A stretch of DNA of 63,491 nucleotides, the filler included. It is 9 parts of 9 records of this genome, joined end to end, with 100 filler letters (N's around TTAATTAATTAA, not from the genome) between each part and the next. Parts side by side here need not be neighbours in the genome. Positions count along the whole stretch, not along the records: positions 26,717 to 32,935 come from SRR31156797_137455; positions 33,036 to 39,383 come from SRR31156797_137821; positions 39,484 to 44,720 come from SRR31156797_138260; 6 more parts are not named here. One strand, 5' to 3'. Below, piece by piece: positions 31,425 through 40,725 of the stretch. Each line of letters opens with the position of its first letter. Positions within the stretch are counted from its first letter, which is position 1. The notes below the pieces were generated by a model. It saw only the letters and a program-made list of their open reading frames with translations, did not search any database and was not told the origin of the DNA. The position numbers and the translations under genes were made by a program.

Positions 31425-32463
31425 GGGACCGCCTCAATTGCTTTTTCCGGAATATATAGCAGAAGACAGGTCCCCCGATTATGGCGGTCAGTACACCGAT
31501 CGGGACTTCATTGGGTAATATCGCCCTGGTCGTTGTATCCGCGGCCAAGAGCAGGATGGCGCCGGCCAGAACTGAAACCGGTATTAAAGCCCTGTTGTCC
31601 GGCCCGACAAAAAAACGCATCAGGTGCGGGATGATCAAACCGACAAAACCTATTATGCCCGAAACAGACACGCAAACCGCCGTAACCAGGGAAGCCGTGA
31701 TAAGAAGAATCAGCCTGACCCGGTTGGAATTTACACCCAGGGATTCCGCTGATTTGCCGCCCAAACTCATTATGTTCAAATCCCTGGCGAAAAAGATGCT
31801 TACAATCAACCCGATGGATACAAAGGACAGGGTCAGAAATACATCCGTCCAGGTTCTTGATACAAAACTGCCCATAAGCCAGAAAATTATGATCGATACC
31901 TGTTCGTCGGCAACGTATTTCAGAAAACTTATGCCGGCGGATAGAATGGCCGCAACAATTACGCCGGAAAGTATCAGGTTGTGACTGTGTATCTGTCCGT
32001 TTATGTTGGATAGCATGATCACCACAGCCAATGTGGACGCTGCGCCGATAAAAGCACTGACCGGAACCGTAAACGCACCTAGAAAAAAAAGATCTGTTAT
32101 CAGGGCCAGCGAGGCCCCGAAGGCCGCTCCGGCCGAAACTCCCAAAGTATAAGGATCGGCCAGGGGGTTGAGTAAAATCCCCTGATAAATGACTCCCGCC
32201 AGGGCCAAACCGGCGCCGACAATGGCGGATGTCAGGATGCGCGGCAGCCGGACTTCTATAACCACGTATGGATAGGTTTCGTTAATGCCCGAAAGCCATT
32301 CCGGTTGTCCGAAAACTCTCCCGGCTAAAATGCGAAGCGTTTCAAGCGGAGATATGCTGATGTACCCGAGGCCCGTGGCCAGGATTGTCAAGGCGATCAA
32401 TAGAGTGAGTAAAAACAGGGTTTGGGCTCCCGGAGAGAGCCCAACCCTCTTATTATCGGCCAT
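31417..32463 (-). CDS. FecCD/BtuC family ABC permease
   Basis: RLPRIL, NPLADPYTLGVSAGA and GIIGFVGLIIPH. Confidence 0.92.
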   Translation of the reverse strand: MADNKRVGLSPGAQTLFLLTLLIALTILATGLGYISISPLETLRILAGRVFGQPEWLSGINETYPYVVIEVRLPRILTSAIVGAGLALAGVIYQGILLNPLADPYTLGVSAGAAFGASLALITDLFFLGAFTVPVSAFIGAASTLAVVIMLSNINGQIHSHNLILSGVIVAAILSAGISFLKYVADEQVSIIIFWLMGSFVSRTWTDVFLTLSFVSIGLIVSIFFARDLNIMSLGGKSAESLGVNSNRVRLILLITASLVTAVCVSVSGIIGFVGLIIPHLMRFFVGPDNRALIPVSVLAGAILLLAADTTTRAILPNEVPIGVLTAIIGGPVFCYIFRKKQLRRSHG

Positions 32464-32516
32464 ACGTTTCTTTCGCCGGCATTATAATAAAAAATGCCGG
32501 CGCTTTCCGTGTATTT

Positions 32517-32935
32517 TTACTTGAAATGGCCCATGGCGCCTTTAAGATGCTCAATCCATAAATCGACTATGTTGTCAAATTCAGCCGTTCCTTTTAGCAC
32601 GGGCTTGCATTTGATGCCGGCTTTAGTCAGTATGGATTTCCAGGAATCATCTTCATCGCCTGCCATGTCGTTTCTGGCATGGTCGCCTGCTACGCTCATA
32701 AAAGGCATCAACCAGGCCTTTTTAATATTGTTTTTCTTTAAATCAGCCATTATGTCGTCAAGAGAAGGCGCGCCTTCCACCGTGCCGACAAATACATTCG
32801 GGTCCTTTTTCCAGAAATAATACTGCATGGCCGGGTACATGCTGTTACCGGGATGGTGTGTTCCATGTCCCATCAGGATTACGGCTTCATCTTTCTTGCG
32901 TTCCTTGGGAATATTGGCCAGCATCGCGTCAGCGG
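32517..32935 (-). CDS. cbiK: Sirohydrochlorin cobaltochelatase (5'-truncated)
   Basis: ILMGHGT, GTVEGAP and PFMSVAGDHARNDM. Confidence 0.92.
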
Positions 32936-33035
32936 NNNNNNNNNNNNNNNNNNNNNNNNNNNNNNNNNNNNNNNNNNNNTTAATTAATTAANNNNNNNNN
33001 NNNNNNNNNNNNNNNNNNNNNNNNNNNNNNNNNNN
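32936..33035. other. Artificial contig spacer
   Basis: N-TTAATTAATTAA-N linker. Confidence 0.99.
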
Positions 33036-33241
33036 TTGCTTGTTCTTGCGCCCGTCTTCCGTGTTACCTCAACGGCCACAGACTCAGAGTCTGCAACAGT
33101 TGAGGCGCCTTAAAGACAAACACAAGCACCATAGACAAGGGAGAACCGTTTGGCCAGTTTTGCCAGCACTTTTCCCTGGTTATCATTTCTCTTGCCATAG
33201 GGGTGTCGGAGAGGCTCGGGAAAGACCATCAAGGGGTGGCG

Positions 33242-33733
33242 TTATTGCCCCGATTCGTTGGCGATGGCCTTTCGTATCTTGTTTGTATTGTGAATACTGA
33301 TGAACAGGGTCAGAAAGAGAAGACAAAAGGCGAGTCCGGTTGAGAGGACCAGAGGCAACCTCCAGCCGCCCGCATCCGGTTGGACCGCTTTTTTTTTATC
33401 GGCTTTAACGGCAAAGCCCTTTGCAGGCGGTATCCCGTCTTTTACCGACACGTGTCCGGGACCGCCATCAAGTACGATTTGGTAGGGCTCGTCAGGGATG
33501 GACACCCTAAGCTCGCTCTCTTGCGGCAATCTTTTTTCGTACAAGGTATCACCACCGTTCACGGCCTCCAAGCGAACCAGGGCACCGACGGCAGACGCCC
33601 CGGTATCAAACCCGCCGACAATGGTTATCGTATCGTCACCATTGTCCATTACCTGCAGGATCAATTGGTGGGCATGCGCCTGTGTCAGAAAGAACAAGGA
33701 GATAACGAAACCCAGCAAAATGTTACTGCCCAT
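33242..33733 (-). CDS. Exported hypothetical protein with a C-terminal membrane anchor
   Basis: Signal peptide ending AHA-H, a beta-rich domain with DGGPGH, and a C-terminal TM helix; overlaps the PepSY gene. Confidence 0.65.
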   Translation of the reverse strand: MGSNILLGFVISLFFLTQAHAHQLILQVMDNGDDTITIVGGFDTGASAVGALVRLEAVNGGDTLYEKRLPQESELRVSIPDEPYQIVLDGGPGHVSVKDGIPPAKGFAVKADKKKAVQPDAGGWRLPLVLSTGLAFCLLFLTLFISIHNTNKIRKAIANESGQ

Positions 33734-35309
33734 CGGCCAACCTCATTTTGTTTCCCGGCGCCCAAAACCGAGTCGCTTCATCCCTGTTTTTGGGCAGTAT
33801 ATGGACAATCAGTAAAAGTAGAATTCCAAATAAAAACAACCCTGCATCCACCGATAAAATGTTCACCAGATCCTGTTGGATCATCGCAATAGGACCGAGA
33901 CCGGTTCCCGCAAAATGGAGAATCGGCGTACTGGCAAAAAATACGCCGCCCAAAGCCAGCAATTCTTTTGACGCGGTATACGAATTGATCCGGTAGAATG
34001 ACCAGGCGAGCGTTGCCAGCCAACCATTGAAAAAGGCCCCTTGCTGCCAGATGAGCCTGTCACTCAGATCAAAAGGCAACAGCCATTGCAGAATGAACAA
34101 TATGCCGGTTGCCGGAATTACACCGATAAAAACGCTAACGGACAGCTTTGCCATCCAATGGTAAAAAGGGGCTTTGCCCCTGAAGGGCGCTGCTCGTTTT
34201 TCAAGCCACAGCAGTACTCCGAAACCGATGCCCAGACCACATGCCAGCATGATCAAAAAGACCAAAAACCGCGTAAGCAAACCGACACCGAAAAGAAGAT
34301 GAATGAAGTATACGCTCTCGGTTAACAAGACACTCCACGGTCTGTCTTGAACCCTGGTCTGTTTCATCAAGCTGCCGTCATGGGCATTTAAGACAATCGC
34401 CGGTCTGTTGGTAACACCGTTTAAAAAGGGTTTGAAGGGATTGTAGCCCTCGATTTGAATCCTGGCCGTTTTATCCTGCCAGTTGATCAAGGTCAGTCGT
34501 TGCAGATGAAGGCGGGGATTGAAGTGTTGCGCCTTTTTGATCAAGTCGCGGATCGGCAACATGGATGCGGCTTCATTCGCCTTTTCAACGGGCTTGTCCT
34601 CCGGGAAAAGCACCGGGCCGATCAGCGGGCCGATGTCGGACTTTTCGCCCATTGTCGTGACATACACCAGGGGGCCGGTGCCGTCGAAACTCAGTCCCAT
34701 GACCGATGCACATAAAACGATCCATGTAAAAAGGGGAAAGCTCCAGGTGAATATCGTCCTGTGCCATGTGGAAAAAACGCCCCTGGGCGTTTTACCCGAG
34801 CGTTTGAACGGAAGGTGATAAAGGAGCAGCAGGCCGCCGACGACCAAAAACATGACCGCGACAGCCATGAAGCCGAAGATGACAAGGCCCGTTTTCTTCA
34901 ACGGGCGTCCGTAGTGCATGCCATTGATAAACATGGCAAGGTTGGTGCGGTTGCCCTCGTCTGTTATCCGCTGTCGGGTGATGGGATTGAAGATCACTTT
35001 TGCCGTAAATTGATGGGATATTCTCAAGGCAGGATCTTTTCTAAAGCCGGGAAGATCGATGATGATACGGTCTTTGGGAAAGTCCGGATCGGAGAGTACC
35101 GTGGCCACCATGGGCGCGTAGTCAATTTGGGTGATATCGGCCATCGGAAAATGCCGCGAAGGTTTTTCCCACGTTTCGATATACGGTTTGAAAATGGCGA
35201 ACAGGCCAAAATAGATGGAAATATACAACAGCAGCGAAAAGGTGATGCCAAGCGGGATATGGCCGCGAAACAATCTCTGCTTGAACAGTTTTGATCGATT
35301 TGGTTGCAT
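33723..35309 (-). CDS. PepSY-associated TM helix domain protein (FptC-like)
   Basis: HIPLGI, MHYG, WHR and IHLLFG His-containing TM pattern typical of PepSY_TM proteins. Confidence 0.8.
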   Translation of the reverse strand: MQPNRSKLFKQRLFRGHIPLGITFSLLLYISIYFGLFAIFKPYIETWEKPSRHFPMADITQIDYAPMVATVLSDPDFPKDRIIIDLPGFRKDPALRISHQFTAKVIFNPITRQRITDEGNRTNLAMFINGMHYGRPLKKTGLVIFGFMAVAVMFLVVGGLLLLYHLPFKRSGKTPRGVFSTWHRTIFTWSFPLFTWIVLCASVMGLSFDGTGPLVYVTTMGEKSDIGPLIGPVLFPEDKPVEKANEAASMLPIRDLIKKAQHFNPRLHLQRLTLINWQDKTARIQIEGYNPFKPFLNGVTNRPAIVLNAHDGSLMKQTRVQDRPWSVLLTESVYFIHLLFGVGLLTRFLVFLIMLACGLGIGFGVLLWLEKRAAPFRGKAPFYHWMAKLSVSVFIGVIPATGILFILQWLLPFDLSDRLIWQQGAFFNGWLATLAWSFYRINSYTASKELLALGGVFFASTPILHFAGTGLGPIAMIQQDLVNILSVDAGLFLFGILLLLIVHILPKNRDEATRFWAPGNKMRLADGQ

Positions 35310-35633
35310 TTATCGAGACCCAAGGAGAAACACCAGAATTCCCAGACAAGAAATAACCGAGGGAATCAAAGCGCGAAGCAATGCATACAGTTTTGTGGGC
35401 GATAAGGTGATCCACAGCGCCATGCAGGACCAGACAAAAGGGGTAAATAAAAAAGGAACGATGGCAGCGTGGTCCACTTTGGAAGGGATCAGGAAGACAA
35501 TCAAGGTCATCCCGGAATAGGCAGCCAGCAGGCCGCCGAACACCGCGCAGAGCCATCTGAAGGTTCCGATTTTCAATCCGTTTGGTTCCGGTGTTGAAAG
35601 CGTTTTGTATAAAGTGGAGAATGTCAAAGCCAC
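35310..35633 (-). CDS. Small membrane protein (FptB-like position)
   Basis: 107 aa, about 3 TM, AVFGG motif; lies between the receptor and PepSY genes. Confidence 0.6.
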   Translation of the reverse strand: MALTFSTLYKTLSTPEPNGLKIGTFRWLCAVFGGLLAAYSGMTLIVFLIPSKVDHAAIVPFLFTPFVWSCMALWITLSPTKLYALLRALIPSVISCLGILVFLLGSR

Positions 35634-35651
35634 TTGATGACCTTTCTATTT

Positions 35652-37829
35652 TCAGAATGTGCCCGCAATGCCCACCCCGAAATTGAGCGGCTCCAGCATG
35701 TTGGCCACGATGCCGCCGACCGACCGGTCGTCATAAAGATAGGTGGGTGACCGCTCGTCGAAGATGTTGTTCACGAATACGTACGGTTGCAGGTAATCGC
35801 GGAAAGCGTAGCGGATCCGGGCATTGGCGACGGTATAGTCATCAACCTCGTAGGCGGGCTCGTTCTCATCGGTGGAATAATACCCGTCCGTGTGCCGCAC
35901 CTCGCCGGTCAACCTGAGTTCGGGTATGATGTCCCAATCCATTCCGAGGCTAAACATGTACCCCGGGGCGCGTGAGAATTCATTGCCCTCATAGGTGTCG
36001 CCGCCGACGCTGGAAAACTCGCCGATTTCGGTGTGGAGCAGCCCTGCCGCGGCTTTTAACCGCAGATCGTAGCGAATGAGATAGTCCAGGGCGATTTCGA
36101 GACCATAGCTGTCCGCATGGTCGGCATTCACCACGTAGCTGCCGTATTGTATGCCATTGAGATAATCCGGCAAAAGCCGCTGCGAATCCTCGTAGTCGCT
36201 GTAGAACAGATTGCCATTAATAGTCAGACTGTTGTCTAACAGCCGGGTCCGAACGAAGAGTTCATAGTTCCAAACGGTTTCCGGCTCGAAGTTGATATAA
36301 GTGCCACTCGTGAAGCTGAGATTGACACCACCGGGATTATAGCCTCTGTTGACCAGCGCGCCGATCGTAAGGACGTCGGGTCGAAGGTCGTAAGCGAGCG
36401 AAATCTTCGGCAACCACGCATCGAAGGTTTCGTCATAATCGAGGGGAACACCGGCATAGGGCGAGGTGCCGCTGCGCTGGATATGGTCTTGCTGGTAGCG
36501 CAGCCCCAGCGTCAACGCCCAACGCTCCGCTAACCGGTAGGTCATCTCGGCATAGAGACCGAGGTTGTCTTTGTCATCGTCAAAGTCGGAGGTTCCCCTG
36601 ATGTAAAGTTTGTCCTCAGAGGTCGTATGTGCCAGGTAGAGCCCGCCGACACCATTGAAGGTCGCGTTGCTATCGCCGTAGGCCAGACGCAAATCATTGG
36701 ACAGATTTTGTTGGTCGATCTCGGCCGAGCCATTCTCCTTCGGCTCCATCACGCGGTCGACGTGCATGTCCGAATACTGCATTTGGTTCAACAGCCCCAA
36801 ACCGTTTTCGAAGTCATAATTGATGTCGAAGATGCCGGTGTCGGTATTCTGTTCCCAACTCGGCATCGAGGCCGTCACATTCTCGAGGTCTTCATAGGGT
36901 TCAGAAGCACTTTCAAAGGTCGGGCGGTTGTTGTAAGTATGCATATACGTAAGCTTTGTCGACAATCCGGAAAGCCCGTTCGGCTCCCACAGCAGTTTGG
37001 CGCGGCCGTTGAAAAAAGCGAAATCCTGGTCGGTCTCACCTTGGGCAAAGTTTTCATTGGTATACTCGATAAAGGTGTCGCGACGCCAGTAGTCGACGGC
37101 CAGTCGTGCGGCGAGCTGATCTTTGACGATGGGACCGGAGGCGGCAAGGGAGCCCCGTATTTTATTGTAATTGCCGATCTCTGCCTGATAAGCGCCCTCG
37201 GGTGTAAAGGTCGGGTCCTTCGTGTTGACGATGATCGCGCCGGCAATGGCATTGGCGCCCTGCGATGTCGTCTGGGGGCCGCGGAAGACCTCGACGCTCT
37301 CAACATCCCAGATTGACGTGGCACCGAAAACGAATTCATAATAATTCAGATAGTGGCCATCAAGGTTGATGGTGGCACGCGGCACAGTACCACCGAAGAA
37401 AGCGGTGGACCCGAAATTGGGACCTTGTGTGTCCTGCCCCCGGATGATGGGCGCGCCGACCGTATCGGTGTACAAAACGTTGGGCACATCCTTGATCACA
37501 TCGGAAACGGAAGCGGCGCCTTTTTTATCATCGAGATCCTCGGAAGACATTACGGAAACCGAGGCAGCCGTTTCACTAAGACTGCGCTCGACCTTTTCCC
37601 CCGTAACCACTATGGTCGGAAGAACCGCTTTCTCGCTTTCCTCTGCCACTGCTTCATTTGAGGCGTCACCGGCCGCATTAACCATGGCTGGCAAATAAAG
37701 CAGGCCGAAAACGATAAGCGTCCCCAGCAACACCCTGCGGATGGTTCCTAGTCTCCTGCATCGTTGGTAAGAAAATGAAACGTTCAAGCGCGATAATCTC
37801 CCGTGGTCCAAAATAACCCCCCTTTTCAT
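35652..37829 (-). CDS. TonB-dependent siderophore-type receptor
   Basis: TIVVTGEKVERSL TonB-box/plug, VEVFRGPQTT, NNIFDE and C-terminal F. Confidence 0.92.
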   Translation of the reverse strand: MKRGVILDHGRLSRLNVSFSYQRCRRLGTIRRVLLGTLIVFGLLYLPAMVNAAGDASNEAVAEESEKAVLPTIVVTGEKVERSLSETAASVSVMSSEDLDDKKGAASVSDVIKDVPNVLYTDTVGAPIIRGQDTQGPNFGSTAFFGGTVPRATINLDGHYLNYYEFVFGATSIWDVESVEVFRGPQTTSQGANAIAGAIIVNTKDPTFTPEGAYQAEIGNYNKIRGSLAASGPIVKDQLAARLAVDYWRRDTFIEYTNENFAQGETDQDFAFFNGRAKLLWEPNGLSGLSTKLTYMHTYNNRPTFESASEPYEDLENVTASMPSWEQNTDTGIFDINYDFENGLGLLNQMQYSDMHVDRVMEPKENGSAEIDQQNLSNDLRLAYGDSNATFNGVGGLYLAHTTSEDKLYIRGTSDFDDDKDNLGLYAEMTYRLAERWALTLGLRYQQDHIQRSGTSPYAGVPLDYDETFDAWLPKISLAYDLRPDVLTIGALVNRGYNPGGVNLSFTSGTYINFEPETVWNYELFVRTRLLDNSLTINGNLFYSDYEDSQRLLPDYLNGIQYGSYVVNADHADSYGLEIALDYLIRYDLRLKAAAGLLHTEIGEFSSVGGDTYEGNEFSRAPGYMFSLGMDWDIIPELRLTGEVRHTDGYYSTDENEPAYEVDDYTVANARIRYAFRDYLQPYVFVNNIFDERSPTYLYDDRSVGGIVANMLEPLNFGVGIAGTF

Positions 37830-37938
37830 TCCAACATCTCCACTATAAAATATTCGATTTCCAACCTTGCGACGTTTTTACGATGTGTTCGCAGTAGAAT
37901 ATCGAGCAATAAGAAAACTAGGGGTCCCTAACATGCGT

Positions 37939-38964
37939 TTAGCGTATCGTGCTAACGGTAGGTTGTTTTTTTTTAGCGGAATCCTTAATTTTGGATGAAT
38001 GAACAACAGGTGCAGGTGCGCTGATGCGCTTTTTTCGGTATTGGCCGGGGAAATATCCAGTATGCTGCTTGAATGCTTTGCTGAAATGGCTAAGGCTGGA
38101 GTAACCGACGGTGTAGGCCGTCTCGGTGACATTCAGATCTCCACTGCGCAAGAGGCGCTCGGCGGTCTCGAGGCGTTTTTGCCTCAGGAAATTGAACGGC
38201 GTCATTCCGTACACCTCTCGAAAGCATCGGTGCAGCCTGCTCCGGCACATGCCGACCCGGCTGACCACTTCCGAAAAGTTTGGGGGATTCTCCAGGTTTC
38301 GGGTCATCAATTCCCCGGCGTATCTTGCCTTGTCAACATCTACACCCTTTAACTCGGACCGTCCGTTAAACGGGGACGCCCCGTCGCTCAGTTGATCCAA
38401 TTTATAGGCGACAAGTTCCAGCACCTTGCTTTCCATAAAAAAATCTCGGGTCAATCCATGATAGGGGCAATCCAGTATCTGTAAAAGGGTATTGCGCATG
38501 GCGGGGGTCAAGGTATCGAAAATGCGGCGGGGGTGGCGAACCACCTGGTGAAGCACCGGGGATGAACGTTCAAGGTCTTTTTCAAGAAGTACTTGAAAGG
38601 TTTGGGGATCCATCATGATATTGGCTCGGATCACCCGTTCGGTACCCACGATTTCCCACATTTTATGGCTATCGAAGTGAAAAAGCGCACTTTGGCCCGA
38701 CCGAATGGCGTCAGGATCCTTGAATCCCGCAATATGGTTGCTTATATCACCGGAAAGGCAGAAACCAAAACCCAAGACGGAGGGAAAGGCGATGTACTCA
38801 ATCCGAGTTGGTACATTGAGCTTGAAGTTGGAGACAGACACCTGAATGCCTGTTTGCAGGGTCATCGTTTTTACCCCACCGCGGCCGATGTCGTCGGGAA
38901 GGGAAGTCTGCCTCTCTTTTTCGGTGCGGACTGAGTGTTGCGGAGTGATCTGCAATTTTTGCAC
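37939..38964 (-). CDS. AraC family regulator (PchR/YbtA-like)
   Basis: FMESKVLEL, FREVYGMTP and AYTVGYSSLSHFSKAFK. Confidence 0.9.
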   Translation of the reverse strand: MQKLQITPQHSVRTEKERQTSLPDDIGRGGVKTMTLQTGIQVSVSNFKLNVPTRIEYIAFPSVLGFGFCLSGDISNHIAGFKDPDAIRSGQSALFHFDSHKMWEIVGTERVIRANIMMDPQTFQVLLEKDLERSSPVLHQVVRHPRRIFDTLTPAMRNTLLQILDCPYHGLTRDFFMESKVLELVAYKLDQLSDGASPFNGRSELKGVDVDKARYAGELMTRNLENPPNFSEVVSRVGMCRSRLHRCFREVYGMTPFNFLRQKRLETAERLLRSGDLNVTETAYTVGYSSLSHFSKAFKQHTGYFPGQYRKKRISAPAPVVHSSKIKDSAKKKQPTVSTIR

Positions 38965-39383
38965 GATTCCAACCTATGTATACGGAGAAACCCGTCCTGA
39001 TTTTCAATGCACCCGTTTGCCTCAATAAAATGGTGGACAGCGTCGTATTTTATTGGCAGTTAGATATATCAAACATAAAAAGAAATTACGAGAACAAAAA
39101 TAGAGTTCTTCTAAAATTTGGAAGGCCGCTAAAGCGGATGCTAAAAAATTTTAAATGACTTGCTAAAAATGGATATTAAAGATATACAGCAACGAGTACG
39201 AGGCTTCTAAATAATATAGATTCGTCTTACGATTTTCGAGTAATAGAATTTTTATCTGCGAAGAAAGTGAAGGTGCACCCCGATTCTTGTGTAGAGGGTG
39301 GCGCCTTTTTCGTTTTCTGAATCTTGCATGAAAAAAACGTCCCCCAAACCTTAAAGGAGTAAAAAATGTTACACGCATTTTTA

Positions 39384-39483
39384 NNNNNNNNNNNNNNNNN
39401 NNNNNNNNNNNNNNNNNNNNNNNNNNNTTAATTAATTAANNNNNNNNNNNNNNNNNNNNNNNNNNNNNNNNNNNNNNNNNNNN
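39384..39483. other. Artificial contig spacer
   Basis: N-TTAATTAATTAA-N linker. Confidence 0.99.
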
Positions 39484-39869
39484 ATGGATAGAATGCTCAT
39501 CGCTGAGTTGGTACCATCGAACAAGGCCAACAGTCTGGCGGCCTATGCGTCTGTCGCACTGGAGAGATGGCTCCCGCTCCCTCGTCCTTTGGTCTTCTGA
39601 TCCCGCCTTTGGCGAATTGAATCACTTGCTTCAACCGCACGCGATGCTAACGATGCGGATGCCCCATCCCAAGCATTAAAGCCCTCCCCTTCTTGGCGCG
39701 ATTGCAGCAGAACACGGAAGATGCGGTTATACGTGAGTCCCAGAGGTGTAGTCAATAGTGTAGCCCCACGCACCTCGGGCCAGCTCCTTAGGCTTGTACG
39801 GACGGCGTACGGCTTCTCTCTCCGTCTTCCCCAGCCACGTATTTTCGCGTGCCATTCGCTTATTCCTGC

Positions 39870-39898
39870 TTGACAGAAGCATTGAAACCGATAAGTAT
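39870..39898 (+). promoter_or_regulatory. Putative sigma70-type promoter for the HU gene
   Basis: TTGACA at 39870-39875 and a weak -10 (TAAGTA/AAGTAT) 16-17 bp downstream; AAGGAG SD before ATG 39981. Confidence 0.45.
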
Positions 39899-39980
39899 GT
39901 CCCGCTTCCAGCACTAATGGGACGGATTTCGGAGCGTATTCCGACTCCCCCTTTTCTGTGGACGCAAGGAGATCATCTGT

Positions 39981-40313
39981 ATGGCAAAGAAGAAAACAGC
40001 GAAAGCCCCAGCCAAAGCTATGACCAAAAGCGAAATCGTCTCCGGCATCGCCGATGAAGTCGGACTGACCAAGAAGCAGATTAACGAGGTGTTCGAAGCA
40101 ATGGCCGGCCAGATCAAGAAGAGCCTCGGCCGGCGCGGTCCCGGCGCCTATACCATCCCAGGCCTGATGAAGTTGACGGTTGTTCGCAAACCCGCCACCA
40201 AGGCCCGTAAGGGTATCAATCCCTTCACCGGTGAAGAGACTACATTCAAGGCCAAACCGGCTCGCAACGTCGTGAAGACCCGGCCGCTCAAGAACCTCAA
40301 AGACATGGTCTGA
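39981..40313 (+). CDS. HU family DNA-binding protein
   Basis: MTKSEIV...GLTKKQ...RKGINPFTGE...KAKPAR; Lys/Ala-rich N-terminal extension. Confidence 0.92.
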   Translation: MAKKKTAKAPAKAMTKSEIVSGIADEVGLTKKQINEVFEAMAGQIKKSLGRRGPGAYTIPGLMKLTVVRKPATKARKGINPFTGEETTFKAKPARNVVKTRPLKNLKDMV

Positions 40314-40336
40314 TCGTCACCGTCCAGATGAGCATC

Positions 40337-40375
40337 ACAGGCCCACGTTGTCAGTCAGCACGTGGGCCTGTTTTT
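40337..40375 (+). terminator. Rho-independent terminator after the HU gene
   Basis: Perfect 12-bp stem ACAGGCCCACGT / ACGTGGGCCTGT, 11-nt loop, followed by a T run. Confidence 0.75.
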
Positions 40376-40725
40376 GACTTGAGATTGTCGACATTGCGAA
40401 CGTCCTGTTTCATCGCCTCCCGCCTAGCCTCATACCTCTCCCTGCTGATCCGAATCGCGTAGTCACGCAACTGCGTCCCAAACGTATTCTCAATCATCAG
40501 AATAGTCTCAAAGGCCTCCACATAGACATGGCTGAACAGCCGCTGGAATCGCCACCGCACGCCCTGCCGTGTCATGCGAAAGATCTTGTGGATCTTCTCG
40601 CCGTACGTACCCTTGAGAACCATGTAACTGGGGCTTGCAGCTTTCAACTCAACCCATAAGTCCTTCGACTCTATCAGTGCCTTCAGATTCTCCAAGAACG
40701 TCTTGTCTTTCTCCGTCAACTTCAT
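40351..40725 (-). CDS. Hypothetical protein, possible HTH DNA-binding protein
   Basis: 124 aa; IHKIFRMTRQGVRWRFQRL resembles an HTH recognition helix; last gene of the minus-strand operon. Confidence 0.6.
   Translation of the reverse strand: MKLTEKDKTFLENLKALIESKDLWVELKAASPSYMVLKGTYGEKIHKIFRMTRQGVRWRFQRLFSHVYVEAFETILMIENTFGTQLRDYAIRISRERYEARREAMKQDVRNVDNLKSKTGPRAD

Noticed and set aside
37930-39180. GCTAAA motifs at both ends of the AraC gene as regulator binding sites
   Set aside because: Too short, with inconsistent spacing and orientation, to support without a matrix or comparative data.
39484-39914. ORF 39543-39914 and a possible attC-like site upstream of HU
   Set aside because: No protein motifs, and the candidate core sites do not fit RYYYAAC/GTTRRRY with internal symmetry.
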